Shown: positions 1 to 7,538 of the stretch, one piece after another
How positions within the stretch are numbered: position 1 is the stretch's first letter
How the letters are laid out: each line of letters opens with the position of its first letter
Assembly (NCBI GenBank): GCA_030141605.1
Contig: JAQGDQ010002481.1
Coordinates: 1 to 21,426 of the forward strand
Reading direction: 5' to 3'
DNA length: 21,426 bases
Origin: Tubiluchus corallicola
Lineage: Eukaryota; Animalia; Priapulida
Translations under genes and position numbers: made by a program
Notes under the pieces: generated by a model
The model's database searches: none
What the model saw: the letters and a program-made list of their open reading frames with translations, nothing else
Told to the model about the DNA's origin: nothing

Positions 1-1
1 C

Positions 2-1396
2 AATCCTGACTTTATAAAGCCGACATCCAGAAAGAACGAAATATTGTCCTTTTTGCAGGAAGACTTAAAAGATCTTTCTGTAAGCAGGACATCTTTTGCT
101 TGGGGGGTTCCGGTTCCTGGGCATCCTGATCATGTTATTTACGTTTGGATAGACGCTTTGTCAAACTACATCTCTGCCATAGGCCACATGAATAGTGGAG
201 ACGACTTGAGGAAATATTGGCCGGCAGACGTTCACTTGATAGGGAAGGACATACTGAGGTTTCATGCAATCTACTGGCCCACAATGTTAATGAGTCTCGG
301 CATAGACCTACCGAAAACCGTGTTTGCTCACGGCTGGTGGACTGTGGAAGGGCAAAAAATGTCAAAATCATTGGGAAATGCCATTGAGCCGAGCAGACTG
401 GTACAAAACTTTGGGGTAGATGCAATAAGATATTTCTTGATGAGAGAAGTACCCTTCGGTCTTGACGGAGACTTTTCGTTCAAAGCGCTAATCAGACGGA
501 TAAATGGAGATCTTGCAAATGACCTTGGCAACCTTGTCAGCAGGACAGTAAGCATGGTTGAGAGATACTACGACCTTGAAATTCCAGCATATGCCGATGA
601 AGAAAATATAGACAAAGAGCTTGAGGAGCTTATCCTAAAAACAGTAGACAATGTCGACGTTCATATGAACAATATGGAATTCAACAAAGTCCTTACGTCA
701 ATTTGGGAGCTCATCTCCGCCCTAAACAAATACATCGCAGAAACAAAACCATGGGATCTTGCCACAAACCCCGACACAAGAGGTAGGTTGGGCTCTGTAT
801 TATACTTATCCTTGGATGCTATCAGAATACTGTCACTCTTGACTTATCCCTTTATGCCAGAAAGCAGCGGTAAGGTGAGAGAAATTCTAAACATAGACCC
901 CGATTTCTACAACAACAATGTGGCTGAACTAAAGAGATTGCGCCTTCTCAAAGCCGGAGAAAAGATTCAAAAAGGGGAGCAGTTATTCCCAAGAGTGGAT
1001 GAAAAATCGAAACTCAAGGAGATATTTGCAGAACAAAACGTGAAAGAAGCCAAAAAAGCAGAAGCAAAGGAGAATATCATTTCATTTGATGATTTTACAA
1101 AAGTATCCTTGGTTGCAGGTAAAGTTTTGGAGGCAGAAAACGTCGAAGGTTCAAAAAAATTGCTCAAGTTAAGGGTCAATATCGGTGTTTCCGAGCGTAC
1201 AATCGTCGCAGGTATCGCAGAAAGCTACACGCCAGATGACGTCAATGGCAAATCTTTTGCCGTGGTAAGCAACTTAAAAGCCGCAAAGCTCATGGGAATA
1301 TTGTCAGAAGGGATGCTTCTTGCAGCCTTTGACGGCAAAAAACATCACCTATTGGAGTTGCCCACGGATATCAAACCTGGAACGAAGATAAAATGA
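2..1396 (+). CDS. metG: Methionyl-tRNA synthetase with C-terminal OB-fold tRNA-binding domain, 5'-truncated by the window edge
   Basis: Frame is open from base 2 (NPDFIKPTSRKNEILSFL...). Motifs DLSVSR, WGVPVP, YVWIDAL, GKDILRFH, KMSKS and DLANDLGNL; C-terminal ISFDDF...SEGMLL Trbp111-like domain. Confidence 0.97.
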   Translation, partial: NPDFIKPTSRKNEILSFLQEDLKDLSVSRTSFAWGVPVPGHPDHVIYVWIDALSNYISAIGHMNSGDDLRKYWPADVHLIGKDILRFHAIYWPTMLMSLGIDLPKTVFAHGWWTVEGQKMSKSLGNAIEPSRLVQNFGVDAIRYFLMREVPFGLDGDFSFKALIRRINGDLANDLGNLVSRTVSMVERYYDLEIPAYADEENIDKELEELILKTVDNVDVHMNNMEFNKVLTSIWELISALNKYIAETKPWDLATNPDTRGRLGSVLYLSLDAIRILSLLTYPFMPESSGKVREILNIDPDFYNNNVAELKRLRLLKAGEKIQKGEQLFPRVDEKSKLKEIFAEQNVKEAKKAEAKENIISFDDFTKVSLVAGKVLEAENVEGSKKLLKLRVNIGVSERTIVAGIAESYTPDDVNGKSFAVVSNLKAAKLMGILSEGMLLAAFDGKKHHLLELPTDIKPGTKIK

Positions 1397-2247
1397 TAAT
1401 CAACAGCTTGCAGGATAAGGAGTACAAGCTCTTTAAAAGAGAGTTTGAGGAGGCCGTGTCCCGGGGAATATTCTTCACAGACACCCATACTCATCTGCAT
1501 TTTCCTCATTTTGGCGAGAGCCTGGACACATTTGTGGAAAGGTCAAAAGAGCACCTCGTAAAGAGGATGTTGACCGTGGGGACGAGCTATAAGGGTTCAA
1601 AAGCTGCGGCGAGATTAGCTGAGAAGTACGAAGAAGTGTACTTCTCTGTGGGCATGCATCCGAACGATGCGGACAGCTTTACGTTGTCAAGCCTTGATAA
1701 ATTTCGCAAATTGGCAACTCACAAAAAGTGTTTGGCAATAGGGGAAGTAGGTCTTGACTACTACAGAGATAACACTCCAGCATCGGTACAGAAGGATCTG
1801 TTTGCCATATTTATCGATTTAGCGATGGATGTCGACAAGCCGTTAATACTTCACAATAGAGATGCCACAAATGACTTGGTAGATATATTGTCATCTGTCT
1901 CCAGCAAAAGGGAGAATAGCGGAATTCTTCACTGTTTTAATGGCGACACTACGCATTTGAAATATTTCCTAGATAACGGCTTCTACATATCATATGCCGG
2001 TCCGCTGACCTACAAAAAATCGACCAGCCTCAGGGATTCTGTCAAATATGTGCCATTGGACAGGGTGTTGGTGGAGACGGATGCTCCGTATCTTGCCCCA
2101 TCCCCCTTCCGCGGACAAAGCTGTGAACCCGCTTTCACCATATACACCGCGTACACCTTGGCAAAAGCCAAAGGCATAACCCTTGCAGAACTAGGGTTGT
2201 CTATGGAAAAGAATTTCCAGCAACTGAACAGAGGTAGCCTGTTTTGA
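1393..2247 (+). CDS. tatD: TatD family metal-dependent nuclease/hydrolase
   Basis: DTHTH, GMHP, AIGEVGLDYY, LHNR, LHCF and ETDAPYLAP motifs; ATGA overlap with the metG stop; metG-tatD adjacency is common. Confidence 0.93.
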   Translation: MIINSLQDKEYKLFKREFEEAVSRGIFFTDTHTHLHFPHFGESLDTFVERSKEHLVKRMLTVGTSYKGSKAAARLAEKYEEVYFSVGMHPNDADSFTLSSLDKFRKLATHKKCLAIGEVGLDYYRDNTPASVQKDLFAIFIDLAMDVDKPLILHNRDATNDLVDILSSVSSKRENSGILHCFNGDTTHLKYFLDNGFYISYAGPLTYKKSTSLRDSVKYVPLDRVLVETDAPYLAPSPFRGQSCEPAFTIYTAYTLAKAKGITLAELGLSMEKNFQQLNRGSLF

Positions 2248-2372
2248 GCAGTTTTTTTGCATGCAAATGACGTCCTTGTATGTTAGAATCTGTGTGTCGC
2301 TGCATATCAACTGCTCTGTGCAGTTTTGGTACAGATGCTGTTATTTAGACTAAAATTTTAGGGAGGCAAACA

Positions 2373-2837
2373 ATGATTGTAATCAACAAAATCCTTTGTC
2401 CCGTAGACTTTTCCGATCCTTCAAGAAACGCTCTTCGCTACGCGATAGAATTTGCAAAAAGGTTTGATGCAGAAGTGAAGATCATCCACGTGATGTTTGA
2501 TGAGACCAGGGTAGCAGCTTTTTACCTTCCACAACTAAATATAGAGGACATCATGAGTGACATGCTAGAGCCTGTCAACAATCAGCTCTTGGATTTTGTC
2601 AAGCAGTTTCCGGAACTTGAGCACGTTAAGCATAGCACCAGCGTCATCAAGGGCACCAGTTCGCTGGAGATAGTTAAGGAAGCGGTAAGGTCGGGAGCAG
2701 ACATTATAATAATGGGTACCCACGGCAGAACCGGTATTGAGAATGTACTATTTGGCTCTACCGCAGAAAGGGTTGTGCGCAAAGCAGAATGTCCGGTTAT
2801 GACCATTCGCGGCGAAGCCAATAAAAAGTTTGCTTAA
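2373..2837 (+). CDS. Universal stress protein (single USP domain)
   Basis: KILCPVDFS N-terminus, IIMGTHGRTG...GSTAERVVRKAECPVMTI ATP-binding-type USP motif; GGGAGG Shine-Dalgarno at 2361-2366. Confidence 0.95.
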   Translation: MIVINKILCPVDFSDPSRNALRYAIEFAKRFDAEVKIIHVMFDETRVAAFYLPQLNIEDIMSDMLEPVNNQLLDFVKQFPELEHVKHSTSVIKGTSSLEIVKEAVRSGADIIIMGTHGRTGIENVLFGSTAERVVRKAECPVMTIRGEANKKFA

Positions 2838-3316
2838 AAATATACGATTTCTGCCTCAAACGTTCCTGCTTCCACACTAATTATGCCAAGGGATGGCGGA
2901 TGCCCCATCCTCGGGGATGTAAGGCTGCCAGGATTGAAGAAGAGCACGTCCCCGCAGTATGTCTTTGAAGGTACGTGGGTGTGACCGTGTATTATTATGT
3001 TTGCGCTGTCAAACATACTCTTAAGCCTTTTTCTGACGGTTGAGTAATTACCGCTTCCGTGACAAACGCCTATAATCAGTCCATCCCTCTCTATTTTCAA
3101 CGAACGGGGCAAGAATGGAAGTGCGTAATCGTTGTTACCTGCAACAATGTATGCATTTGGTGCCAACTCTAGCAAGCTTTCATAAAACTCGACACCGCAC
3201 AAATCGCCGGCATGCACCAGGGCGTCTGCATCCTCAATCATCGAGATGACTTTGTCTGGGAAAATGTAATGACAGTTCTTATTCGTATGAGTATCTGAGA
3301 TTACTACATATTTCAT
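2834..3316 (-). CDS. YfcE/MJ0936-type metallophosphoesterase
   Basis: Calcineurin-like motifs SDTH, HAGD, GNND, HG, GHTH and NPGS; stop codon overlaps the convergent USP stop (TTAA 2834-2837). Confidence 0.92.
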   Translation of the reverse strand: MKYVVISDTHTNKNCHYIFPDKVISMIEDADALVHAGDLCGVEFYESLLELAPNAYIVAGNNDYALPFLPRSLKIERDGLIIGVCHGSGNYSTVRKRLKSMFDSANIIIHGHTHVPSKTYCGDVLFFNPGSLTSPRMGHPPSLGIISVEAGTFEAEIVYF

Positions 3317-3324
3317 AGTTTAAA

Positions 3325-3353
3325 ATTGTATTAATTCTTTCCTTTTAAGTCAA
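3325..3353 (-). promoter_or_regulatory. Sigma70-type promoter for the phosphoesterase gene (probably leaderless or near-leaderless)
   Basis: Minus strand TTGACT (3353-3348)-17 bp-TACAAT (3330-3325), ending 8 nt before the ATG at 3316. Confidence 0.6.
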
Positions 3354-3376
3354 ACAAATATAGATTAAACCTCAGT

Positions 3377-4555
3377 ATGTATATTGACTTTAAGAAAATT
3401 CCGATGTACGAAGAAATTATGCAGCACGCCGCATCTGAAGATGTCGAGCTTTATTTTGTGGGCGGGTGTATAAGGGATTATTTTTTGGGATCGGAAATCA
3501 AAGATGTAGATATTGTCCCATTCGGCACAGATTATGAAAAGTTCGGCATAGAGCTAGCTCATCATCTTCGTGGCGTACATGTCAAGTTTAAAGACAACTT
3601 GAGGATAGTCGTGAACGATATAGAGATAGATGTCTCAAAACCCCGGGGGAGCAATATCCTTGAAGACTTGGGGAAAAGGGATTTCACCACAAACAATCTC
3701 GCTTCAGACATGAATGGCAAGCTGATCGGCTCTAAAGATGATTTGGAAAATAAAGTCATAAAACATGTCTATGATGGGGCGTTTGACGATGATCCTTTGC
3801 GCATATTAAGGGCTTTTAGATTCGTAAGCGCACTCGGCTTTGAGATCGATAGCGATACCTTGAAGCTTGCAAATATGAAACAGCAATCGATATCCCTTGT
3901 GGCTTCTGAAAGGATACTTGCGGAACTATTGAAGCTCTTTAACGGCAAATATTTTGACAAAGGGATAGCGCTTCTCCTAAGCAGCGATCTTTTATCGAGT
4001 ATCTGTGGCAAACCGTTGGAAGCGACGGAGGCAATCATCCAAGATACAATAACTTTGCAGCGTAGCTTGATGGAGACGGACGCTGAAGTAGAGTACGTTT
4101 TTGCTTTGAGCTTTGGGATGATGAGCCGTAACGACCAGGAATTTGCGACAAACTTCATCAAAAAGGTAAAGCCCTCCCTAAAGATAGGTAAGCTGATCCA
4201 ATGGCTAGTTGAACACACGAAACTGATAGATCATACAATCTGCAATGCCAAAGATGAGGATGAATTTAGAAAAATAGTCTGGCAAAACAGATTGTACATG
4301 AGGGAACTCGCACAGATGCACATGCTCCGAAACGATAGAACTGATAAAATTTGCAATAAAATCCTACATGCCCTTAACAGTTTTGATTACTCAAAACTCG
4401 ATATGATAAATGGAAAAGATCTGCTTGCTTTAGGCTTTTCGGCAAATAAAACTATGGGAAAGATTCTTAATGATATAAAGGAGAAGATATTTCTTTCGAA
4501 GTTTGACAGCAAGGAGGATATTATACAATACGTAGTCAAGGAGTACGAGATATGA
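3377..4555 (+). CDS. Class II tRNA nucleotidyltransferase (CCA/poly(A) polymerase family), probably CC-adding type
   Basis: VGGCIRD...DVD (motif A), EDLGKRDFTTN (motif B), DDPLRILRAFRF (motif D), ASERILAEL (motif E), C-terminal INGKDLLALG. Very short segment ahead of motif B. Confidence 0.88.
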   Translation: MYIDFKKIPMYEEIMQHAASEDVELYFVGGCIRDYFLGSEIKDVDIVPFGTDYEKFGIELAHHLRGVHVKFKDNLRIVVNDIEIDVSKPRGSNILEDLGKRDFTTNNLASDMNGKLIGSKDDLENKVIKHVYDGAFDDDPLRILRAFRFVSALGFEIDSDTLKLANMKQQSISLVASERILAELLKLFNGKYFDKGIALLLSSDLLSSICGKPLEATEAIIQDTITLQRSLMETDAEVEYVFALSFGMMSRNDQEFATNFIKKVKPSLKIGKLIQWLVEHTKLIDHTICNAKDEDEFRKIVWQNRLYMRELAQMHMLRNDRTDKICNKILHALNSFDYSKLDMINGKDLLALGFSANKTMGKILNDIKEKIFLSKFDSKEDIIQYVVKEYEI

Positions 4556-5313
4556 AGTTTTTGCGTTTTTTAGATGGCAAAGAGGAGAAAAAAGGTATTC
4601 TGGATGGTGATATTGTGAGAAGGATTCACGGCAGTTTTTTTGATAGTTACACTGTAACGAATGAAACCGTAGCTGTGGATGAGGTGCATTTTTTGCCTCC
4701 AATTCTGCCGTCAAAGATAGTTTGCGCCGGTCGCAACTACGCAAAGCATGCAGAAGAGTTTGGAGATGATGTCCCATCAAGCCCTATAATATTCTTAAAG
4801 GCAGTATCTGCCTTGAATCATCATAAAGGGATCTGTTTAAAGCCAAAAGAGGTAACTCGTCTCGATTTTGAAGGTGAGCTTGCAGTTGTGATTGGCAAAA
4901 AATGTCGAAAAGTCCCCTTGGATGCTGCTAAAAACTATATCCTCGGCTACACAATATTGAATGACATCAGTGCTAGGAATATATTCTTTGAAGAAAACTT
5001 CTTCACAAGGAGCAAAGGATACGACACGTTCGCCCCAATAGGTCCTTACATAAATACCGATTATGACTGCAAAGATAGATATATTCAGACGCTCCTAAAT
5101 GGTGAATTAAAGCAGGATGACAATACGAAAAATATGGTATTTTCCGTAGAATATCTTATCTCTTTCATATCAAACATAATGACGCTAATGCCCGGAGACA
5201 TTATCTCCACAGGCACACCGGAAGGAGTTGGCCCAATGAACGACGGAGACCGAGTAGATGTAATAATTGACGGTTTAGGAACTCTCACCACCTTTATAGA
5301 GAATGATAATTAA
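4552..5313 (+). CDS. Fumarylacetoacetate hydrolase family protein
   Basis: PSKIVCAGRNYAKH, IFLK, DFEGELAVVIG, NDISAR, KGYDTFAPIGP and PGDIISTGTPEGVG motifs; ATGA overlap with the upstream gene. Confidence 0.95.
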   Translation: MKFLRFLDGKEEKKGILDGDIVRRIHGSFFDSYTVTNETVAVDEVHFLPPILPSKIVCAGRNYAKHAEEFGDDVPSSPIIFLKAVSALNHHKGICLKPKEVTRLDFEGELAVVIGKKCRKVPLDAAKNYILGYTILNDISARNIFFEENFFTRSKGYDTFAPIGPYINTDYDCKDRYIQTLLNGELKQDDNTKNMVFSVEYLISFISNIMTLMPGDIISTGTPEGVGPMNDGDRVDVIIDGLGTLTTFIENDN

Positions 5314-5414
5314 CAACTTTATGCTGAAAGCGATATTTTAAGCGTGCGGTTAAAAACTTAAGAATTGGGGAAGTATTTAAAAAAATGAGCAGATGAGCGT
5401 ACAAAGCTGCGCGA

Positions 5415-5666
5415 GTGGATGAGAATATGCCAAATGCAAAAATATGCGAAATGTGCGGTTCTTGTTGTATATACTACAGCATATCAAGCCTTGACAAGCC
5501 CGAGATGACACCTTGCAAGCATCTGCAAGATAACAACAGGTGCGGCATTTATGATTCAAGGCCTGATGTTTGCAGGAAGTTTCGGCCTGACGACATATGC
5601 ACCCTTCTGTCCGGTCTATCTAAAGAAGAAAGATTGAAGGTATTAAATGGCATCTATGGAGGTTAA
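5415..5666 (+). CDS. YkgJ / CxxCxxCC family cysteine-cluster (Fe-S or Zn) protein
   Basis: CEMCGSCC...CKHL...CGIYDSRPDVCR pattern; start may instead be the ATG at 5427; stop abuts the coaE ATG. Confidence 0.85.
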   Translation: MDENMPNAKICEMCGSCCIYYSISSLDKPEMTPCKHLQDNNRCGIYDSRPDVCRKFRPDDICTLLSGLSKEERLKVLNGIYGG

Positions 5667-6311
5667 ATGTATCTTGGCTTGACTGGTGGAATTGCGAGCG
5701 GTAAAAGCGCTGCAGCAAAAATTTTGAGCAATCTTGGGTGCTACTGTCTAGACCTTGACGACGTGAGCAGAATAGTAACTGCCCCGTCTACAAATGCTTA
5801 TATAGCAGTGGTGGAAGAATTCGGCAAAAGAATACTAAATCAGGATGGCACCATAAACAGAAAGGAACTTGGCTCCATAGTGTTTTCAGACGATCAAGCG
5901 AGAAATACGTTGGAGAATATCGTACATCCTGAAATATTTGAATATGAAAAGAGATGGCTCGGAAAAATCAAAGGCAAAGACAATTCAGCAATTGCCATAG
6001 TACATGCGGCACTATTGGTTGAAAAACATCTGGAAACAAAATATACAGACGGTTTAATACTGGTTTATGCGAGTGAGGAAGCGCAAATAAACAGGCTTAT
6101 GATGCGCGATGCAATAACAAGGGATGATGCATTAAAAAGGCTTGCAACCCAACTCAGCTGGGAAGAAAAATTATCCAAGGGAAACTTTGTAATAAATAAT
6201 GATTCAACACTTGAAAATCTCGCACATGAAGTAAACAGAGTATTTCAGATGTTAAAAACATACCAATACACCGACAGCTTGCTGAAAAAGAGGCAACAGG
6301 GGTTGGTTTGA
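5667..6311 (+). CDS. coaE: Dephospho-CoA kinase
   Basis: GLTGGIASGKS P-loop, INRKELGSIVF, LENIVHP, RLMMRD and VINND motifs. Confidence 0.96.
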   Translation: MYLGLTGGIASGKSAAAKILSNLGCYCLDLDDVSRIVTAPSTNAYIAVVEEFGKRILNQDGTINRKELGSIVFSDDQARNTLENIVHPEIFEYEKRWLGKIKGKDNSAIAIVHAALLVEKHLETKYTDGLILVYASEEAQINRLMMRDAITRDDALKRLATQLSWEEKLSKGNFVINNDSTLENLAHEVNRVFQMLKTYQYTDSLLKKRQQGLV

Positions 6312-6373
6312 ATAATCAACAGTTTGTTAAACAAAACCTCGTACCAAAGGGCATTTACCCAGTCAATTAACTG

Positions 6374-6402
6374 TTTACTAATGAAGTCTTATCCTGTATA
6401 AT
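6374..6402 (+). promoter_or_regulatory. Sigma70-type promoter of the TAXI-TRAP operon
   Basis: TTTACT (6374-6379)-17 bp-TATAAT (6397-6402); GGGAGG SD further downstream, ahead of ATG 6474. Confidence 0.55.
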
Positions 6403-6473
6403 CACGTCTGTTTTCAAAGCAACATTGTTCTAGTACTGTTTTGCAAAGTAATATTTTGGGAGGTTAGGTTAAT

Positions 6474-7481
6474 ATGAAAAGTATCTTGAAGCAGACATCT
6501 GCGTCACTTGTGTTTGTATTGGTTCTTTTATCATCCGTAACAGCGTATGCTAATAAGAGCAATTTGGTAATGGCGACAGCCACAACTGGCGGGACATACT
6601 ATCCCGTTGGCGTTGCCATCTCGACGCTGATCAGTATCAAGCTTGCCCAGGAGCATGGTATAACAGCGACAGCAATCAACTCAGCAGGTAGTGGGGAAAA
6701 TATCCAGATGATTAAGAAAGGGGAAGCGGAACTGGCTATACTGCAAGCTCTTTTTGGTCTGGAAGCCTACAGCGGCAAGGGTTTCTACGAAGGCAAACCG
6801 GAACGGAGCTTCCTGTCCATATCTATGTTGTGGAGGAATGTGGAGCATTTTGCCGTTAACAAAAGATACGCCCCCAACTCCAATATAAAAGACTATAGCG
6901 GAATGACCAAAAAATTCTCCATCGGATTAAGGGGCAGCGGCACTGAAGGCTCCGGTATTGCAATTTTGAGCTCACTGGGTCTTGATCTTGACTCCATGAA
7001 GTTGGAATATTTAGGATACAATCCGTCAGTCGATGCTATGCTTGACGGCCGCATAGGCGGTGCAAACATTCCTGCCGGAGCTCCCGCATCTGCAATTACT
7101 CAGCTTTACGCCAGGGGCAAGGGCAATTACACTGTACTCAATTTTAGTGACGAAGACATCGCAAATGTTCAAAAAACTTACCCCATATGGAATAAATTCG
7201 TAATAAAAGCCGGAACTTATCCCGGCCAAAAAGAAGATATCACAACCATAGCCCAGCCTAATGTGCTGGTAGTAAGCACTGATCTGTCAGATAACACGGT
7301 ATATCTCATAACAAAGACTATGTATGAAAATTTGGATTTTCTCCAGAACATACACTCTGCCACAAAGGATATGAAGATAGAAGAGGCTGTGACGGGCTTG
7401 CCTACTCCTCTGCATCCGGGAGCTGAAAAATATTACAAGGAAATTGGCTTGAATATTCCTCCCAATCTCACACTAAAATAA
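6474..7481 (+). CDS. TAXI family TRAP transporter solute-binding subunit
   Basis: Sec signal peptide ending AYA; ATATTGGTYYPVG, SAGSGENI, GSGTE and PLHPGAEKYYKE motifs typical of TAXI receptors. Confidence 0.95.
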   Translation: MKSILKQTSASLVFVLVLLSSVTAYANKSNLVMATATTGGTYYPVGVAISTLISIKLAQEHGITATAINSAGSGENIQMIKKGEAELAILQALFGLEAYSGKGFYEGKPERSFLSISMLWRNVEHFAVNKRYAPNSNIKDYSGMTKKFSIGLRGSGTEGSGIAILSSLGLDLDSMKLEYLGYNPSVDAMLDGRIGGANIPAGAPASAITQLYARGKGNYTVLNFSDEDIANVQKTYPIWNKFVIKAGTYPGQKEDITTIAQPNVLVVSTDLSDNTVYLITKTMYENLDFLQNIHSATKDMKIEEAVTGLPTPLHPGAEKYYKEIGLNIPPNLTLK

Positions 7482-7519
7482 GTTTGTCAATAGGGGGCCA
7501 TAAGAGCCCCCTTACAAAC
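7482..7519 (+). other. Intercistronic stem-loop between the TAXI receptor and permease genes
   Basis: AGGGGGC (7492-7498)/GCCCCCT (7506-7512) stem with a 7-nt loop, extended by GTTTGT/ACAAAC; no U tract. Confidence 0.65.
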
Positions 7520-7538
7520 AGAAAAGGTAAGGTCGTAA

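Noticed and set aside
5385-5414. ATG 5385 in frame with the YkgJ-type gene via a TGA at 5394 (possible selenocysteine)
   Set aside because: The TGA lies outside the Cys motif, no convincing SECIS-like hairpin follows, and downstream starts (5415/5427) explain the gene.
7482-7519. Intrinsic terminator after the TAXI gene
   Set aside because: No U tract follows and the permease starts 19 nt later; more consistent with an mRNA-stabilising intercistronic stem.
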